A DNA stretch of 64,000 bases from Eledone cirrhosa (GCA_964016885.1 OZ024745.1:27528001-27592000), one strand, 5' to 3'. Numbered from the stretch's first letter, positions 12,014-25,315 are shown. Notes: generated by a model not told the origin, from the sequence alone. Made by a program: numbers and translations.

Positions 12014-15000
12014 TTCTTCTGGTTTTATAATTTCACAAAGTTTTACCAATAGAGAGAGAGAGTCGGTTTCTAACATAGACACAAGACTCTCTCTTTGGAA
12101 TTTACACAACAACTAGGTAGATATGTATGTATGTCTGCATGTGTAGATATGGATGTTATTGTATGTGTGGATGTGTATATTTTGAGTTGTATGTGTGGAT
12201 GTGTATATTTTGAGTTGTATGTGTGCATGTGTATATGCTTTGTATCTGTACATGTGTATATGCAGTTATTAGATGCAACATTTTTGGAATGTTTTACATA
12301 TTTTTACTGTTTCATTAATGGATTGTACTTGTAGTTTCCTAACTAGTTGTGTTCTTTCTGTTTCTGTGAAGCCTAGCTTCTCAAGATTTGTATTGGGGCA
12401 GTTACTAACATACCCCAGTGCCCCAATAATCACAGGCATAAATCTGAAGGTGTAATCAGGGTGGAGTATCTGCAGATTTCTCATCAGTTCTGCATAAATA
12501 TTCTCCTTTTCACTAATCTTTGATATTATATTGGCATCTGCTGGGCAGCTAATTTCCACTACTGTGCATGTTTTCTTCTCCCTGTCCCATATCATAATAT
12601 TTGGTCTGTTATGCCTGCATTTTATTGGGGTTTTTACTGGAACATTCCACCAGCACTCTTTTATATTATGTACATGGATGTCTTCCACATTGTTGTAGCT
12701 TTTAATGTGTTTATTATACAGTGCATTGTACAGTGTTTTGGCCACTACATCATGCCTCATAGGTAGATAGTACCGCGATGACATCTTTGGGCAGCTGCTG
12801 ATGACATGGGTGATATCCTCGATGTTAGTTCTGCAGAGTCTGCACTTGTTATCACATCTAGGTGTTTTGCCTGCATCCCTATCTCTTTTGTGAATCAGGT
12901 ATTTCGTGCTAATCTCCTGTTCTTGGATTGCAAAAGCGTATCCTTCAAAGTGGGAGCCAATATAGCGGTTGTTGGTCCAAGATAGACTACTTTTCTTATC
13001 TATATTATTCTCACTCTGGAGCTTCCTGGCAACATATCCATGCATGACTTTTTGCTGATAGGCATGCAGTTTTTCATCCATGGATTCACTGCGATACTGC
13101 TGAGCGACATCCCTGGGTGTAAGTTTTTGATTATCACACAGGGAATATCTCCCAAGGAGTTCCTTCCCAACTCTCATGATCTTATCTGTTTCATGCAGAT
13201 AGACTTGCTCGAGAAGCGGGATCCTACGCTTCGAGGTTCGTAGATGTTGTCGGAGAGATATGATGCGACATTCAAATGTTGTCTGGACTGATGTTAGGCC
13301 TCTGCCTCCCTGCTTACGTTTCAAGTAAAGGCGGTCTATGTCACTGTTGATGTGGAAGTTTCCGGTGTTGTTCAGTATTTTTCGAGTTCCAACATCAACT
13401 GCTCGGATTTCGTCTATCGTCCAATTGAGTATTCCAAACGTTGGTGTTAGGACAGACACAGCAAACACATTGTGAGCCACTGTTTTGTTTTGCGCAGAGA
13501 GTTCCGATGACCAAATCTTTCTTAATCGGGTGTAGTATTCCCTGGTTACGCGTTCTTTATTACAGATACCATTATAGGATATGTTCTCATCTATCCCCAG
13601 GTATCTGTAGCAGTCCTCATCAGATATCGGTGAAACAGTTAGACCATTGATGACAATGTTGCTAGATTGGGTTGTTGTTTTTCCCCGCTTTACAGTCATG
13701 TATGAGCATTTATCTTGGCCAAACTCTATTCCTATATCCTTTGAGAACGTTGTAATCAGGTCAAGATTTTTCTTCATCCCATCCATGTTCTTGGCATAGA
13801 GTTTCAGATCGTCCACAAAGAAGTTATGGGTTAGGTTCGTATTTCTGTCCTCCTGTGAGCCAATGATGTATCCCTCACATTTCTTGAGCAGAAATGACAA
13901 GGGGTTTAATGAAAAGATGAACAATATCACAGAGAGACTGTCCCCCTGAAATATACCCCTGCAATATTTTATTTTATCAGTGAAAATAGAGTCCTCCTTC
14001 TCTGTCTTTAACCTTAGGATAGTAGCCCAAGAAGAAGACAGCCTCTCTATGGCTCTGACAATAATGTCTGGGACTTTAGCAAGTTGGAGGGCCTCTATCA
14101 TCCAAGAGTGGGGAACAGAATCGAAAGCTTTCTTGTAGTCCAGCCAGACTGTAGTCATATTCTTCCTAAGTTGTCGCACATCCGACATCGCAGTTTGTTG
14201 ATTAGGAGTTGTTCAGCACATCCCCAAACCCTTTTCTTTCCAGCTGCTTGTTCATCTGTGATGATGTTATTATTTTCACAGTGATCTTGGAGGAATAGGT
14301 TCAGGCAGGCTGTATACATCTTATACATCAGGTTCTGGCATGCAATGGATCGGTAGTTTTTTTGCCAAGTGGGTATCTTTGTTCTTGGGGACCAGTAACG
14401 TTTGTGCTAATGTCAACCATTCTGGTATAAGTGTATCTCCCTTAAGAACTTGTTGGTAGAGGTCAGTGAGATACCTCCGATAGAATATTAGTTTTTTGTA
14501 CCAGTAGCCGACAATCATGTCTCTTCCTGGTGTTTTCTTATCTTGGAGTTTTCCTATCACAGTCTCAAGGGTACCCTCACTTATTTCATATGTTTTTGTT
14601 GTAGTGTAGGAGCAATAGTTCTTTCGGATTTCTCTTAGCCACACTGCATCTTGGTTGAAATTCTTCTTTTCACCCCATATATTTCTCCAAAAGGAATCTA
14701 TGTCTTTCTGGGATGGGGCCTCAGTAACACTTATTATTTTGCCCTTCATATCTCTATAGACTGATGTTTGGTTTCGTTTGAATCTTTTATTAAGCATTTT
14801 TCTCTCATCTACCTTCTTCAGGTATCGGCGTTTTTCGCTAACAGCTCTCAATTCTTGTTTATTGGAGAGTTCTGGTTCTACTGTTACCAAACATCGTCTC
14901 TATTTTATTTTTCACTCTTTGTTGGTGAGGAGTGAGGTTTTTTTGTGTTTGTTTGCATGTAAGGAGCATTGTCACATGTCCTATGTTTTTTCGTAGGTCA

Positions 15001-16189
15001 GCACTCCTTTTTTCTATTTTAGTTATATATGATGGCATTTTTAGCGGTGTTTTTTTCTTGTTAATATCTCTGCTATCACCAAGATAATGCTTCACTGTCA
15101 TTGCTAAGGCATATAAACAGGCGTTGATTTGCCAAAATGTTGGGGTTTTTATCCGTCGTAAATATTCATCCCCTATTTCGTCAATAACACGTAGTATTTC
15201 ATTATTTGGTTTTTTATTCACCATTGTCATTTTAACACGTTCAGCCAGAGAGATATTTATACATGAGTTAATTTCTCTCTGGAAGATTTCGTTGAGGGAA
15301 ATTTTCAATTGTTTATACTTTTGATTATCATTATCGATAGTATTTTCCACAACAGTCGAGGTAGACTCGGATGGTGTCAAATTTCTTCGATTATTATCAT
15401 TATCGATAGTATTTTCCACAATAGTTGAGGTAGACTCGAATGGTATACGTGGTGTCAAATTTATTCGATTATTATTATTATCGATAGTGTTTTCCCCAGC
15501 ATTCGAGGTAGACTTAGATGGTACAGGTGGTATCAAGTTTCTTACAGGCATAGTTGTTTCAAGGCGCTGTTCGACCTGGCTGCTAGGAAGTCTAGTAGCA
15601 TGGCGATCTGTAGCACGTGTTGTTGATAACATGTTTGTTGTGCAGGACTTACAATTAATAATATTTATCTTATTTTTACGTTCAACAAACGTAGCTTGTT
15701 GGCGTAATTGTTTCGCTGTGAAATAATTTAGCTCTGGGTGCATTTCGTCCCAGTGTAGCTTCATTCTATTCATATAGCCAATGGAGGGATTGTTTTTTGC
15801 CATTTTATAACAATTAAATAAATCATTATTAAGTTCGCAACTCCAAGAGAAATGCGATTTATAATTTCGGTTTCTTCTGTAGCTACAACTGAATAAAGTT
15901 TGATTACCTTCTTTGTTATTTGTCTTCGATACTTCCTTAATTTTCTTGTTGATGTTGTGTTCAGCCATGCTGTTTGTAGCAAATCCTTGTAAAATGGATT
16001 ATGTATTTAGTCGGATATCTCTACGAATTCGAATAAAAGGTGTCTTCAGAAGGGATAGTTAGAAGAATAACCAGTTATTCAACCTGGCTGTAGTTGTGGC
16101 ATTACTGTCGGAGATAGTATTCATCTTAAATTTAATAAATAGTCTCCCACGACAAAATATGCGACTGATCGCGTTGACTGATGGAATGG
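12014..16189 (-). mobile_element. R4/Dong-clade element, family B, apparently full length but frameshifted (ORF pieces 14859-15968, 14321-14890, 12269-14188)
   Basis: WLDYKKAFDSVPHSW, GIFQGDSLS, FFVDDLKL, CRLCRTNIEDITHVISSC, RHD and NRPNIM (PD changed to PN). About 220-bp 5' UTR and 255-bp 3' UTR. Confidence 0.92.
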
Positions 16190-16223
<34 letters not shown>

Positions 16224-16283
16224 TGTATGTATGTATGTATGTATGTATGTATGTATGTATGTATGTATGTATGTATGTATATG
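16190..16283. repeat. (ATGT)n microsatellite
   Basis: Seen directly; separates two R4-like elements. Confidence 0.97.
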
Positions 16284-17237
16284 TTCTCTCTTTCTCTTAA
16301 TTTCGAGTATAATTTTGACCGGCCACCTTCCTGGCAGCAAGGTTGTAAAAGAAAAGAAATTGTCATCCCTTGAATCGCAAGAATGTTTTGCAAATTTTGA
16401 AAGTGCCAGCTATCGGAGCCATTTGTAGACTATGAATTAGGGAGCTGCGCTTTTTGTCCGCAAATCCAAGTTCAGTCATACTTTGGTCCAAGCGGGTTGG
16501 TATATAACCCGTAGCTCCAATAATGATGGGTATGAAGCTGAAGGTGTATCTTGGATACTGGATTTGTAAACTCCTCATCAATGGTCCGTAGATGTCCTCC
16601 TTCTCCTGTATTTTTCTGACAACGTTTACATCAAGTGGGCAGCTGATCTCCACAACAGAACACGTTTTCAATGTGTGGTCCCAAACAACAATATCAGGCC
16701 GGTTGTGCTTTAATTTGGTGGCAGTTTTTATTTTCAGGTTCCACCAGTATCCCTTTGTGCCATCTGTCTCAATATATTCTTCCTCGTTTGTTGTTAATTT
16801 TGTTTTCCGAAGTGCGTTCCAGATGGTTCTAGCTATCCCATCGTGTCTCATGGGGAGGTAGTAGGGAGATGACATTCTTTCGCAGCTGGCAACGATGTGG
16901 CTTACATCCTCGATCTTTGTTTTACATTGCCTACATTTATTGTCAGCTGCTGGCCCTCCCCTTGTGTGCAGCAGATATTTGGTAGGGAGTTCTTGTTCCT
17001 GTTTTGCATAGAGATATCCCTCAAGGTGTGATGTCATAACTTGTCGGAACTCCATGCCAGGCTTTTTGAGTGGTTTATCCCCTCTATGGTCTGTGTTTTA
17101 CGTCTCAAGTATCCATGCACAACCTTTTCTGTAAATTGGTCAATTTTTTTTATATTGTTTGAACATTGAATAGGATCTTTCGATTTCTCTGGGTGAGAGA
17201 TTTATATCAGGCTTTATTCCAAATCTCTCCTCCAGAT
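16284..17237 (-). mobile_element. R4/Dong-clade family A copy 2, 5'-truncated (ORF 16363-17055)
   Basis: Nearly identical to 10399-11353, including the 3' UTR. Confidence 0.93.
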
Positions 17238-17440
17238 GTATGTATGTATGTATGTATGTATGTATGTATGTATGTATGTATGTATGTATGTATGTATGTA
17301 TGTATGTATGTATGTATGTATGCATGTGTGTGTATGTATGTACGCAGGCCCCTATACATATATGTACACAGGCCCGTATACATGTATGTACACAGACATG
17401 CAGGTACAAACATATATATATGTGTTTATGTATGTATATG
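17236..17440. repeat. (ATGT)n microsatellite followed by degenerate TG/TA repeats
   Basis: Seen directly. Confidence 0.93.
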
Positions 17441-17525
17441 ATGGACTATCTGATGTATGAGTGTCCAACAACAGTTAAATGTGAGAAAGTGAATTGATGT
17501 TGAACAACCCACACAAAGTTTTGTT

Positions 17526-17638
17526 TTAAGTGGTGAAGGCTTTTGTAGGACCAACCACACTTTTTGGAACTGACGACACATATCTTCGGTGCAAATATTT
17601 GCCCCGAAAAATACAACGACAGAATGATTCGCAGTCAT
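17526..17638 (-). CDS. Possible terminal coding exon of an unidentified host gene
   Basis: Acceptor GGTATTTTATAG, then a phase-1 frame (D)DCESFCRCIFRGKYLHRRYVSSVPKSVVGPTKAFTT*. No homology recognised. Confidence 0.22.
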
Positions 17639-17879
17639 CTATAAAATACCAAATATTCAATTATTTGATTTCTCATCACCCCGAACTAAATAGTAAAAAG
17701 GTCGCTCAGTACAAGGGACATTAACCTACATGGGGTTATAGAACATCACTTGAACATTGTTTAAATCGAAGTGATGACTATTCATTTCAGATCAAACCAC
17801 TGGCCATGATGAACTCTGCACAAATACTATAAAGTTGATTAAAACAAAGAGGCAAGTGTGTTATATATATGTATGAGAT

Positions 17880-19580
17880 GAAAGAATGGTATTTAACTAA
17901 TGTATTGGTACGCGATGGGGCTCACCCACAGCCCCGGCGGACAGAATGGAGAAGGCGTTTCCCCGGAGGACAGCAAGGGAGACGCGCTGGAAAAGCCACT
18001 CAAACTCGCGGGGTTCACACCTACGGCTGGCCAGCTCAGCGCCTATAGTGGTGAGTAAGGAGGTAGCCCTGGGGCCGAGGACACCAGAAGTTTCCACTGC
18101 CAGGGGAACGACCGCAAACCTGCCGGAGAGCGACCGGCATTTGAGGAGTTTGGACCCCTCAGCCCGACGTGCAGCAGAACCTGGGTCAGTCGCAGACTGC
18201 ACCAGGTTGCGGCTTCAAAAAGTGTTGGTGCAAGTGGAATCCCAGACGAGGGGTTTGCCACCGCGGAACGGGAAGATGGTCATGCCATCTGGCCTTTTGC
18301 CGTCCCCTCGATCGAGCCCCACCGGCTCGATCTGGGAAGGGAAGCCTGCAGCGTCCAAGCCATGCTTAATGACCTCGTTGAGGGCAGTATGGCGTGGAAT
18401 GCGGCCGGCACTGTGGCGACAGGAAAGCGGGTGGAGGCCGAAAGAGTCCACGGTGGAACCGCAGCGACATTGGTGTGGCTCGCAGATCCGGAGGCCGAGC
18501 CTCAAGGAAACGCCGATGCGCAGACTATTGTTGTCTAGCTGCGTGCCAGTGGAAAAGGAGGGCAGAGCATGGAGCCAGGCACCACTATAGGGTTTGGAGG
18601 CCGCACGAAAACAAGCAAGGCGGTGCTGGTCGAGCTGGCGCGTGAGCCTGTCTGAGGTCAGGCTGCACTTGATGGCATCCCAAGTGCGTTGGGGGGACTT
18701 GACGTCAAAAGGGGGAGAAGGAGGAGGGACGTCTACCGGGCTAAGTCCCAGCCGGTCCCACGTCTCACAGGCGGCCTCACGTTCTCTGAACACAGGGGGT
18801 TCTGTTGTGTTTTGAAGAACCCTGCTGACGAGGACGCGGCACGAGGTTACCGACGAAAGATACGACGGCAAAGCTAGTGAGATCGGAGACCGGAGGCCTA
18901 GGCCGCCATACCTGACCGGTAAAGTGGCCTGTTGCCACCCTATCCTATGTCGTCAAACTTGACGTTGCATATCCCCTCGGCTGCTGCTCGGATACAAGTA
19001 TCGAGGTCAGCGAGGAGAGATGTCTGGGTGTAGCATGGAGCGCTGCGGAGTGTATAGCGGAGCTTCGGCATGGCGAAGCAGTTCCTCAGCAGAAAGAGAG
19101 CTGGGTGGCCGTCAATCAAGCCCAGTCGGCTCGTGAGAGTCTGGAGCTGTTGAAGCCTTGACCTGATGGTGGAGCGGATGGCCGGCGGGTGGATCGGTGA
19201 CCCGAGGATGAGGACATCCTCTTTGGGGGGGGGGGTGTCACCTGAACCTGGCGGAGAATGGACCGCACGTCCAAGACGGAGGCTGCAAAGCTCAAAGCAT
19301 CGAGGCTGACGTTCACCACCTTCGACTTGGCCGAGTTGACCTGGAGGCCGATTCCCGCCAGGGCAGGAATCACCGATTGAAGGTCTTGGCAGACCGTCCA
19401 TACGGGCCCGCCCAAAGTAGCATCATCCAGATACCAAACGTTGAGAGGGGCCGTGATACACCGGGCGATGTGGTCAATACCAAGGGCGAACAGGAGGGGT
19501 CCCAAAGGGTTGCCCTGTGGGACCCCAGTAGCCGAGGGTATGACCGTATCAGCAGCTAGGAGCATGCTCGGGGCTCCATA
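17880..19580 (-). mobile_element. CRE-clade non-LTR retrotransposon (RT plus restriction-like endonuclease), 5'-truncated, frameshifted, GC-rich
   Basis: GVPQGNPLGPLLF, WYLDDATLGG, CRCGSTVDSFGLHPLSC, RH, KRPDGMT..WDSTC and PLAVETSG, which are typical CRE-clade motifs. Confidence 0.88.
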
Positions 19581-19777
19581 TAGATCCAGTATAGTTTCTT
19601 TCTATTATTCTATTACTGGTTTTATACCTTGTTAGACTGTAGCCATTCTAGGGCACCACCAGAAAGGATTTAGTGATCATGTCGATCGCAATACATTTTG
19701 TTTTCAAATCTGATTCTTATTTTATCCGATTCTTTTTGTCGAACCGCTAAATAAATGTAACGACACATTCATACTTA

Positions 19778-19893
19778 CATTAAAAAATTGTGCATGTAAT
19801 AACTGCATATACATTTGTATACATACAAAACATATGCACGTGTACAGATATAACTCAAAACATAGATATCCACACATACAATAACATCCATAC

Positions 19894-19964
<71 letters not shown>

Positions 19965-20010
19965 TGCATACATACATATCTACCTAGTTGATGTTGTCTA
20001 AATTCTAATT
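19778..20010 (+). mobile_element. Old 3'-end fragment of R4-like family B with a (CA)n expansion
   Basis: Reverse-complement similarity to 12095-12292 (end of ORF plus 3' UTR). Confidence 0.75.
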
Positions 20011-20129
20011 GCCCCTCGCCCCATTATACCCGGCCCTGGGCACACCAGGAGTCTCTCTCTTCCCACCTTTTTTTGCTGACATTATTTCTCAGATCTTCAG
20101 GTAGACGATCAGCCGAATTAGTCTTGCGA

Positions 20130-20578
20130 ACATGTGAGGGTCAATTAAAGCCAAGCTTTCTTGGTGAGGAAGGGTGATGTTTGAACACCTCGCGGGATGA
20201 AAAGCAAAACCTGTCAAAGTGTGGAGGAACTCAGGAGGGTCAACGGTCATCCAATAGTTTGTAAAATAATAAAACGGGTTGATAGAAATAGTTAGGCATG
20301 GCTGGAAGTGCAGTCAGTCTAGAAGAAGGATCACTTTGATTTCAAAACTGGGATAGTTAGTTACCTTGGTGACAACGTTTAAGTGGCCAACAGCTTCATC
20401 AAAGGTGGACGAGCTGTTGTTCGGTAGCCAGCTTCTGAGGAATGGTCGGACGAAGATTCAGGACCCACCAGCGTCACTTTTTTCCCGATGAGAATCATGG
20501 ACATACAGCATCATACAGATGAATATTTGTGCAATTGTTCATGGCTCCCGACCCTCAGAAATGAGGATAGGAAGAGAC
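20130..20578 (+). mobile_element. Family N non-coding dispersed repeat
   Basis: Similar to 7520-7810; its 3' part is shared with the minus-strand copies at 22480 and 40720. Confidence 0.72.
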
Positions 20579-20705
20579 AAGTTAAAAAAACTAAGGCTAT
20601 TCGCATTGTCTTTATAAAAAATGTATTTAACGTTGGGAATATTCCCCCATTTCAAACGCCTTAAAAACAGTTATAATAAGAATATCATAACAGAATCGGG
20701 TAATA

Positions 20706-20881
20706 TAATTGTTTCTACTTTTGGTACAAGGCTAGCATTTATCCCAGTGCATTACTGGTACTTTATTTCATCGACCCCGTAAGGATGAAAGGCAAAGTTA
20801 ACCTCGGCGGGATTTGAACTCATATCGTAAAGGGACGTAACTACGCTGGAAAGCATGTCTGACCCTCTACCAATACTGCCA
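20706..20881 (-). mobile_element. SINE S1
   Basis: A-box, B-box, core and tail on the minus strand. Confidence 0.88.
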
Positions 20882-20989
20882 AAAAGATAAATAAGGTGTC
20901 TGAGAATGTACCATGGTACTTCTTGTATGCTAACTGAGAGCATTATTATCTGAATAACGCCTCTTCGTTATGAATGACCATGAGTTTTG

Positions 20990-21280
20990 CACCCAGAAAG
21001 TTGTCCTGTTACACACAAGCCCGGGCAAGGTGTCTTTGAGGAAGACCAGTAGTCACCCATACATAGCAGTCTCCCCTCTCCACGCTACCAATGTTATCCA
21101 AGGCAAAGGTATAGGTCGATACAGCTTGGCATCAGTGACGTGGCAACGGACTCTTCAGCTGATTGAACTGGAGCAGCGTGAAATAAAGTGTCTTGCTCAA
21201 GGACACAATGCCCCGCTCAGTCCGGGAATCGAACTCAAAACCTCATGATTGTATACACAGCGCTCTAACTACAAAGCCAA
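20990..21280 (-). mobile_element. tRNA-derived SINE family S2 (CORE-like domain)
   Basis: Minus-strand GAGTTCGATTCC B-box and GTGTCCTTGAGCAAGACACTTTATTTCACG; similar to 23953-24272. Confidence 0.8.
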
Positions 21281-21927
21281 CTGTATATAATACACTTAAA
21301 GCTTGATTTTAATGGTTGCCTCAAAAGATATCCGTCCATTTAATGATAACATATATGTTAAATGATATATTTTTTCTTGTATGTTTCTAAATATAACTGG
21401 AAAGTAATTTCATTTTTTACAAATCCTATATTTGGCGTTCTCATACCGACAAAAACAAATATTGGAAGAGAAGTAAGTACATATTTATTATGTTGCAATG
21501 TGAATAATACGCATGCGTGGAGAATCCTTTATTATGCAATCAGCAAATGTGTGTCGGTGACAGGAAAAAGTAGTTAATTTACAAATCTGCCAAACTTATG
21601 AAGAAGCTGTCAGTTCGGGAGATATTTGATTCACAATACAGCGCATATTTATGAATGAAAACAACAGATTGTAGGCAGTGAATCTCGTATGAAAATAAAG
21701 CAAATTCTACAGCTTTTGAAACAAGTATCAAGTATATTAGAACATATTTCTAAATTGGAACACAAGTGATTACATTCAGCCAGACCAAACTAGGTGCGGG
21801 GATGGTGTAGCAGTTGGCATGGGAAAATAATTCTGAGGGGTGGCGGGGTCCTAGTTCTTTTATTCTATTCTGTTACTTGTTTGTACATTATGTACCCTGC
21901 ATATACGTATATATACCCGCACCCCAT

Positions 21928-22080
21928 GGCGTCTGGCTTAGGGGTTAGGGTATTGAACTTACGTTCATGATGTCGTTGGTTCGATTCCTGGGTTGTGTGT
22001 AGTGTTCTTGAGAAAAACATTTCATTTCACGTTGCTCCAGTATACACAGCCGAAAATGGGTACCAGCAATAGCTGGGGGT
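21928..22080 (+). mobile_element. SINE S2-like 5' part
   Basis: TGGCTTAGGGGTTAG A-box, GGTTCGATTCC B-box and CATTTCACGTTGCTCCAG. Confidence 0.7.
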
Positions 22081-22479
22081 TTAACCAGGTGGCGAGTTGG
22101 TGTCATGACAAGGGGAGAGTTTTGTACTTTCAATCGCTTAACGCCAATGACACCCGTAATAAGACATTAGACTTTAGTCATGAGAAGAGGGAGAAAGAAG
22201 ACGTTCTGTGAGAATATTTACAATAGTAGGGAATGCCTCTAGATCTACCCAAATGATTACTGAATTACTTGTTGAATAGGTTGAAATGGGGTCTCCATTG
22301 CTCATCTAGCCTGGGCCTATTACCGGTCTTTTCTTCATATATTTTACATCTTTGCACGGGTTTGGATATCATATAGCTATATTTAAATGTGGAACACACG
22401 CACACACACACACACACACACCCACACACGTACACCCCCCACACACATTCTCTCTCTCTCTCTCTCTCTCTCTCTTGCC

Positions 22480-22860
22480 TCTTTCTATCCTCATTACAGA
22501 GGATTGGGGCCCATGGACAATCTATATATCCATGACTCTCATCGGGAAAAAGTGAGGTCGGTGGGTCCCGAATTATCGTCCGACCATTATTCAGACTACT
22601 ATAGATTTGCCTTCATCATAAGGATAAAGCTGTTGACCACTTGAAAGGTTGCCAATAAGGTGATTAAGGAATTCCACCTACCTCGGTTTTAAAATCAGAG
22701 TAATTTTTTTTCTGGACATACTGACAACGAAGGCTGAAGAGCTCTGTCTACTCGTATTGTTTTTTACTTACTACTGGATGGCCATGGACACTCTAAGTTC
22801 CTCCACCCTCTAATGGGTTTTGTTTTTCATTCCGCAGGGTGTTCAAGAACAACCTTACTG
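22480..22860 (-). mobile_element. Family N non-coding dispersed repeat
   Basis: Reverse-complement similarity to 20160-20578. Confidence 0.7.
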
Positions 22861-22985
22861 AAATATTGATAAAGAATTGAATTGTATTTGGCTTTTTTAC
22901 AAGAGAGAATGAAAGACTGACGTGTGTTCGATAATAATATTTGGGTTGATAACTATAATTCACCGTAACTTTTGTAAGGTGCTTA

Positions 22986-23166
22986 TAATAATTGTTTCTA
23001 CTTTAGGCACAAGGCCAGCAATTACTCAGTGCATTACTGGTACTTTATTTTATCGACCCCGTAAGGATGAAAGACAAAGTCAACCTCGGCGGGATTTGAA
23101 CTCAGATCGTAAAGGGACGTAACTATGATGGAAAGCATGGCGTCCGACCCTCTACCGATACTGCCA
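22986..23166 (-). mobile_element. SINE S1, young copy
   Basis: Close to the S1 consensus, with intact A and B boxes. Confidence 0.9.
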
Positions 23167-23952
23167 AAATAATTGACCTCCAATTTGTACTGTTCTTACC
23201 GTTTAGTCAGAGAAGAAGGGGCTGTGCATATAACGATATATTTTTTCAAGGATTCAAGAATGGTTGGAGGAAGAAGGGAAGTTATTTTTAACTCAGAGAC
23301 CTAGCCCGAATGCTTGTAATAGAATAATCTTCGTTAAATATATGCAAGGACCGGATAAAAGTGATAAACCTTGCGATGGAACTCAGAAGGCAAAGGGCCG
23401 GAACAAATACCACAAAGCATCTCGCTGGACCATCAACAATCCCGTCAATCTCCCACTCTGTATTGGTACCATATTTTATCAACTTTGAATGGATGATCTC
23501 GGTGGGATTGAACTGTAGACAGACGGAACAACTACTCTCTGTTAATTCGTCGCCTAATAACTTACAAATATGTAGCCTGATAACAAAACACATTCTTTCA
23601 TTTAAAAATAAGCAATTTAAAGCAGAGTCTGTCCATTTATGACACAAGATTGATTATGATTCAAGATTGATTGCATCTTTGCTAATAAAAATGACTCATG
23701 AATTTTTATTGTATGCAGTTATAAATATCAAATCTCAGAGTGTCATGATTATATTATTGAAATACGATTCGATGTATTTAAATAAATTTAACATTTTAAT
23801 AGAAGTACTTAATTTAAGTCGAATGTTCCTGAAAACAAAACAAAACAAAAAAACTCCCCAAAACACAAACAAAACAAAAAGAAACAAACAAACCTGAACT
23901 GGAAAAAGAAAATACGAATACTATACTATTGAACACACACATTGCATATTTA

Positions 23953-24272
23953 AAGGGTAAAGGGTAAAAAGCCCCTTCGGTCACGAATGACCATGGGATT
24001 TGAACCTAGAAAGTTCCCCTCCGAGACACAACTCTGGGGAAGTTTCTGTGTGGAAGACTAGCAGCCGCCCATGCATACCAGCCTCCCCTCTCCACGCCAC
24101 CGATGTTGTCCAAGGGAAAGGCAATGGCCGATACAGCTTGGGACCAGTGATGTCGCAACTCATTTCTACTGCTGACTGAACTGGAGCTCAAGGACACAAC
24201 GCATCACCCGGTCCTGGAATTGAAATCACAACCTCATGATTGCAAGTCCAATGCATTAAGCTATGCGCCTTC
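23953..24272 (-). mobile_element. SINE S2
   Basis: Similar to 20990-21280; (TTTACCC)n tail on the minus strand. Confidence 0.8.
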
Positions 24273-24371
24273 ACTATATTTAGAAATATACATATTGTCT
24301 GAGTTTCTGCTTGGTCGCTACATTTGGGAGTACACAATGCATGGGGAGATGCAGAGATGCAGAATGGGTAT

Positions 24372-24440
24372 AGAGATATGTAAAAGCTTTGAAAAGGCTT
24401 CCGAAACCGTTTGGCGCTGTTGTCGGGGTTTTACATCTCT
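24372..24440 (+). ncRNA. Degenerate hammerhead ribozyme motif
   Basis: Stem I TGTAAAA/TTTTACA encloses TTGAAAA (for CTGANGA), GG-CTT-CC, GAAA and the GTC triplet followed by GGGG, as in family C. Confidence 0.45.
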
Positions 24441-24467
24441 CTCTCTCTCTCTCTCTCTGTATGTATA

Positions 24468-24529
<62 letters not shown>

Positions 24530-24566
24530 TACTGTATCGTATATATATATATATATATATATGAAC

Positions 24567-24933
<367 letters not shown>

Positions 24934-25020
24934 GATACAGTATAGCCACATCGTGAATGGTCGCCAAAAACACATATATATATATATCCATGACTTTGTC
25001 TAGTTTATGTATATGTAAAT

Positions 25021-25080
<60 letters not shown>

Positions 25081-25315
25081 TTATGTGTGTGAGTGTGTGG
25101 TAAGCATGTGTGTGGATATCAAATCGTGCAAATTGCTAATTTGCAACATGTATTGAAATAAACTGATAATTTGTGAAATAATTTATTCCAAACAAAATAG
25201 AAAAGATTCAATGAATTGTATTGTTGGCTCATGATTGTCTCTATATCGTATTGTATGTATTCATAGAAATCCAATATCTCCTACCGTATTTACGCAAGCT
25301 ATCTATTATGTAAGT

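Noticed and set aside
11753-12334. ORFs reading MYVC/HTYI, and similar YIYI, HTHT, CVCV, SLSL and poly-S/L ORFs throughout
   Set aside because: They are translations of microsatellites.
23288-23647. 119-aa minus-strand ORF in unique sequence
   Set aside because: No recognisable motif, and the splice signals do not give a consistent exon.
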